From contig OZ287703.1 of assembly GCA_965649825.1 (NCBI GenBank), positions 310,001 through 374,000 on the forward strand: a stretch of DNA of 64,000 bases, written 5' to 3'. Shown here piece by piece: positions 59,666-64,000 of this stretch. A program made the position numbers and the translations under genes. The notes under the pieces are model-generated. The model saw only the letters and a program-made list of their open reading frames with translations, made no database searches and was not told the DNA's origin. Origin of the DNA: Penicillus capitatus (Eukaryota; Plantae; Chlorophyta). Position 1 is the first letter of the stretch. Each line of letters begins with the position of its first letter.

Positions 59666-61870
59666 TTAAGTGCTGGCTCGGATCGCGTCGAGAAACGCGG
59701 TGAAGGCATTATCCACGAAAGGCAGGGTGGGTTCCTGACCTAGGTCGCAGAGAACACGATGGGCACAACCGAACCCCGAAAACACAACAGCATTGACGCC
59801 CTTGTATCACAACGCCGTTCAATCGATATTCGAGAAAAAGAGCGCGAACCTGTCCTGGAAAGGTACTGTCGCCCACACAGTAGAGGCCTTTGACGGAAGT
59901 TCTGTTGAAGGGCATCGTCATCATCCCCGCCGGTTTCTGCGAAGGAATAGGACCATAGGTGCCGTCCGATCGTCCCAGAAAACGACGATGCGTTCGAGGA
60001 GTGGCCACTTCTCTGCACCACACCATCGAAGACACTGTCTGCATCATTCACTCATGCAGCCTCACTTGAAAACAACGCCATCCTTCAGGCCTGGGAACAC
60101 CTTATCCAATCGTTCTATCACATTGCTGGCCACTTCCTCTTTCTGTGCTTCGTAGGCGAGCGGATCGAGCCCCTGATTCGAAGCAGAGTAAGACAGTTGT
60201 GAATACCGGATGTGAAAGAACCTTCCACGCGTCGAGCCATTCAGGAGTGAATGCATGAAAGATGTGACAGCCTTCGGGTGCCAAGGAGGGATCCAGTAAT
60301 GTAGGAATGGACACAAAGAGTGTTCCGCGTGGCTCTTCGAGCTTTGACCAATCTTCTAGAACGATGTGATGACAGTGAGACCCTAAGAACAATCGAATTG
60401 GTGCAGACGATTCTGGAGCGACTGGACCAGGAGGGATAACATCTGATCGGACGCCGAGATGCAGCGTTAGAAAAGAAGGTGCCTTCTTGTACCGTTGTCG
60501 AAATCGGACCTCTGATTTTGGTAACGGCTTCGCCCCCAGCATCTCGAAGGTATCCCATCTCGTGGCATTGGAAATAATGGCCTTGCCTCTAAGGCACAAT
60601 TTTTAACCTCGATGTGACAAAGCGTGTGGATGTCGACTTGTAGATCTGTCCGTTGGCAAGTTGGACACCGATGGCGCGTGTTATGTCTCCGTCGGCATCG
60701 TCCTCTGTCAGAATGGACTGAACGTTTGCTCGGTACACTATCTTTCCGCCCATCTCTTCGAATCCCTCTGCCAGATTCAGAGCAATGCGACCCACACCGC
60801 CTTTCGGATAGTTGATGCCACCGAAGTGCCGATCGCAGAAAACCATGCCAGCATTGATAAGTGGCGTAAAATCTGCTGGAACAGTGCTCCAGCAAAAACA
60901 CTCCATATCGATAAACTTCAGTAGTTCCTCGTCCTATGCCAACACCGCCACTTGCGTTCACCCCTGTAAACAACAGCGATACTGTACTTTGATGAATTTT
61001 CTGGCAATCTCGCCTGTGTTTGCAAACACACGTGCCGCGAGCTGTAGACAGGCAATGGGTTGTTTGGCGAACTGCCCCAGGAGATATCGTGGTTCTTCAA
61101 GGCTCTTGAGCTCCAAAACATTGAGAGCATTGAAGACGACCCAGCATTCGTCGTAGAATCTCCGAATCCCGTCTGCCTCGTGCGGAAACTGTTTTGCGAG
61201 GTCCTCCACGAATCTCTCATACTTTCGCCAGACAAAGACTTCCAGACCATCTGGATGAGCAGGAGAGGATGGCAGATGATAGTGGATCTGTGTCGGATCG
61301 GGGATCGTCTCCATTTTCTTCCCAACTGCCTCGAGTGCTTTGGTGATGAGATTTGTTGTTCCTTCGGTTCCCATTCCAAACATCATGCTCGATCCCACAT
61401 CGAACGTATACCCTTTGCGTTCGTAGTATCCGGCACTGCCACCTGGAATCACGTACCTGTAAAAAGGTGACCGTCTTATGTTGCGTGCAGGCAAGGGGAC
61501 ACACTTTTCGAGAAGGAGAACAGATTGGCCTCGACTCGCCAACTGAGTCGCAACTGTGAGGCCACCCATTCCGGCACCGATCACGATGGCATCGTACTCT
61601 TGCGATTCGCGATCGGTTGAACGCGCTGTCGATCGATCTTCGGTCTGCACGATCGCAGACGTTGTCTGGAGTTCGTTGTTACGTTTTTCGGCGTAGCATT
61701 TTGTGAGAGCACGATTTTCAGCATTCCTCACTCTGAAGTAAGTCTATCTGGGTCATCAGAGTGAGAGAACTATCCAAAGCTCATCGAGACGTTACTCGGG
61801 ACGGTGCATATCTGGATGGTAACGGAGTGAGAAGTGTGAGACGTTGGGCGTCCATCGGAATGCCGATCAT
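59666..61870 (-). CDS. CRTISO: Carotenoid (prolycopene) isomerase
   Basis: [126 protein letters not shown]. Confidence 0.96.
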
Positions 61871-61987
61871 TGCGTCGTCTAGCCGACGTACGATGTAATC
61901 GATCGCGCGCGTCATCTGCATCGTCAAGTCACATCACTCTCCCGACGGTCTCGCAGATCGATCATCTTACAAGAGTACACCGTGACA

Positions 61988-63455
61988 TTAATCCCAATCG
62001 CCCCAGTCCTCGTCGATGTCTTCGTCGCTGTCAACCTTGTCCACAAGTTTCTCTGTTTTCTAATCACAGTATATCTCACACAAATGACATGAGATTAGAC
62101 TGAGTGACTTGAGAGGATGCTTGCTGAGCGGTGCCCTCAGGTACAGCGTCGACAACCGACCAGTCGCTGTCATCTTTTTCGGCTGAGGTACGATTCTGAT
62201 GTTCGCTGGCATCGTTGATGTGACGTTTTTCGGATTCTGGATCCCTTAAGGTTGTCTCGTCTTCCTCCTGATCTAACCGTTATGCAAAAGAGTGAGAAAG
62301 CGTGATGTTTGCCTTCGGTTTTGATGGACTGGGATCTTCATCCCACGGAAGGTGTGATTCCTCCTCCTCGTGCATACGAAGCGTCCTCTCTGCCAACTGT
62401 TGTCTTTGATCGTGTGTTTCCTTCAGTTTGTGCAAACTAGTATCCAGACACACCTCGTTCTCACTCTTTTTCGTCATGCCATGTATACCGGTAGAAATAA
62501 CGCGTCCAAAATACATCGTTTTCCACCACGACAGGCACGATTCTCTTGTGAAGCTCTGCCATGAACGCATTCTCTTTTACGAGATTCTGAATGTCCTCTT
62601 CCTTTTCTTCGACAGAAAACGTTTCTTTCCATTCTCGAAAGTCTTCTGTGTCTTCCGGCGCATCACAGTAAGTACTACTGTTTCGCTGCATCGCCGCTAC
62701 CTGATCAGCCATTCCATTCTCAGATACACCACGCGCGCTTTCATATATGCAGAACAGTAATCTTTCGACGCCCACCTCTGCCTCAAATCGACTGAATTTG
62801 AGCTGACCAGGCGATCGCTGCGAATCGTGCTTGATTCCTCTCGACATGGTATGCAGTCCCATCTCTGCTTCGATCACTCCAACAGACTACACTGGTCACT
62901 CAGAGTTCTGAGTGCGTGCGATGACAGACGGCTACCTGATCGAAGAGCTCTTTGGTCCCAACAGCTAGTTGGTGTATACCACTTCCCACGCGTTGCCGCA
63001 TCGAAGCCATTCCCGGCAGAACGTGACTGGCCTGGCAGACCATCTCAGTCTATGATGCCATGCTCGGGCAATCGACCTTCTCGGGAAGACCTTCGATCGA
63101 ACGGATAGCCTCCGATGTCTCATCCTGCACAGCTCTGCCGAAATTCACGAGCTCCTTCGTCCAGTCCGTTGTCACAAAAGACGAAACGATATCGTCGACG
63201 TCTTCCCGCACAGACGATAGCACCGACGACGCCACATCCACGAAACGCGACTGGGAAGAACGACTACACATCGGCATGTCTCACCAGGCGATGGTAATTG
63301 TTAGCCTTCACTTACGCTTCTTTCTCGTCTTCTTCCGTCTCCTCTTTCCCGTCAGTTTCCTTCGGACCATCATGGTACCCTCAAGAAGCAGTACGCGGCT
63401 ATGGGAAGCGCACTTTGCCTGTCAGGGAGGCGATGAAATCCGAAAACATCGACAT
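61988..63455 (-). CDS. BSD-domain-containing protein
   Basis: TYCDAPED.EDFREWKETF..LVKENAFMAELHKRIVP..V....FWTRYFYRLHKL, acidic tail DEDIDEDWGDWD*. TGTAA 17 nt after the stop (61967-61971). 5' exons approximate. Confidence 0.85.
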
Positions 63456-63484
63456 AATGCGTTTGGCAATATTAACGTTGTGAG

Positions 63485-64000
63485 ATGATGGACAGTGGTG
63501 TTAGCCGGGATTCTCGCGTAAACAAGCCATGGGTTGAGAAATAGTGAGCGACGCCGTGCATATGCGTTTGTTTCGATCGGGAGGCTGTCGTTGCAGTCGG
63601 CCAAAGGAGCTCGAAGATGTCGTGCATCAGACAAGCGCCGTGTCGATGCTGCGCGCCGCTTTGGAATCGCAATCGGTAAAGTCTCGCAAACAAGCGATGA
63701 CGTCGACCGCATCTGGATGCTTGTAGTTACCACACATGTTGTTCTATGGACCGCCTGGAACGGGCAAGACGACGGTGGCTCTGATCATCGCCCGACGTCT
63801 TTTCGGATCGACAGTTGGCGATCGCGTTCTCGAACTCAACGCGAGTGATGATCGCGGAATCGATGTCGTTCGGCACAAAATTAAAGCCCATGCGGCACGG
63901 GATGTTCAGGCATCGAGCACAGCACCCGCTTATCGATTGATTATCCTGGACGAGGCGGATTGCATGACCTCAGTAGGTCACATCATTGCCCTAACTCACT
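63485..64000 (+). CDS. RFC4: Replication factor C subunit 4-like (truncated by window end)
   Basis: [52 protein letters not shown]. Confidence 0.93.

Overview
Gene-dense eukaryotic nuclear DNA from a chlorophyte green alga. Evidence: plastid-targeted CRTISO, DUF3172 and pKIWI502-like genes, SnRK2, TGTAA poly(A) signals after several stops, the standard genetic code, and very short introns (mostly about 48-70 nt). A siphonous Bryopsidales-like alga is my inference, not established. By manual splicing I reconstruct about 25 protein genes and one tRNA-Ser(CGA). In order: two tandem ZIP transporters, a SET methyltransferase, a convergent pair of giant GGA/FxxN-repeat multipass receptor-like genes, COG3, SDS22, IMP1, DUF3172, coilin, TRM3/TARBP1, two small orphan genes, a TKL kinase, an ARM+PIMT-like gene, pKIWI502-like, NTMC2T5-like, NSE3, SnRK2, SDR39U1/GC1, a bacterial-type ALDH, SR45, AlkD, CRTISO, a BSD protein and RFC4 (truncated). 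There are two accessory islands. 17.6-22.1 kb holds a 42-bp hairpin triplet, decayed ORFs and a LINE RT relic. 57.7-59.6 kb holds a decayed ORF, a 64-bp triplet and a perfect 10x21-bp minisatellite. Best leads: (i) a probable ARM-PIMT-like-kinase tri-domain fusion hidden by splicing; (ii) the receptor pair, with an 81-nt repeat array showing recent duplication and module shuffling; (iii) extreme compaction, including a candidate bicistronic TRM3-coilin unit and divergent ATGs about 30 nt apart; (iv) frequent GC-AG introns; (v) a spliced 74-aa membrane microprotein. All exon boundaries are by-eye models. No database searches were run.
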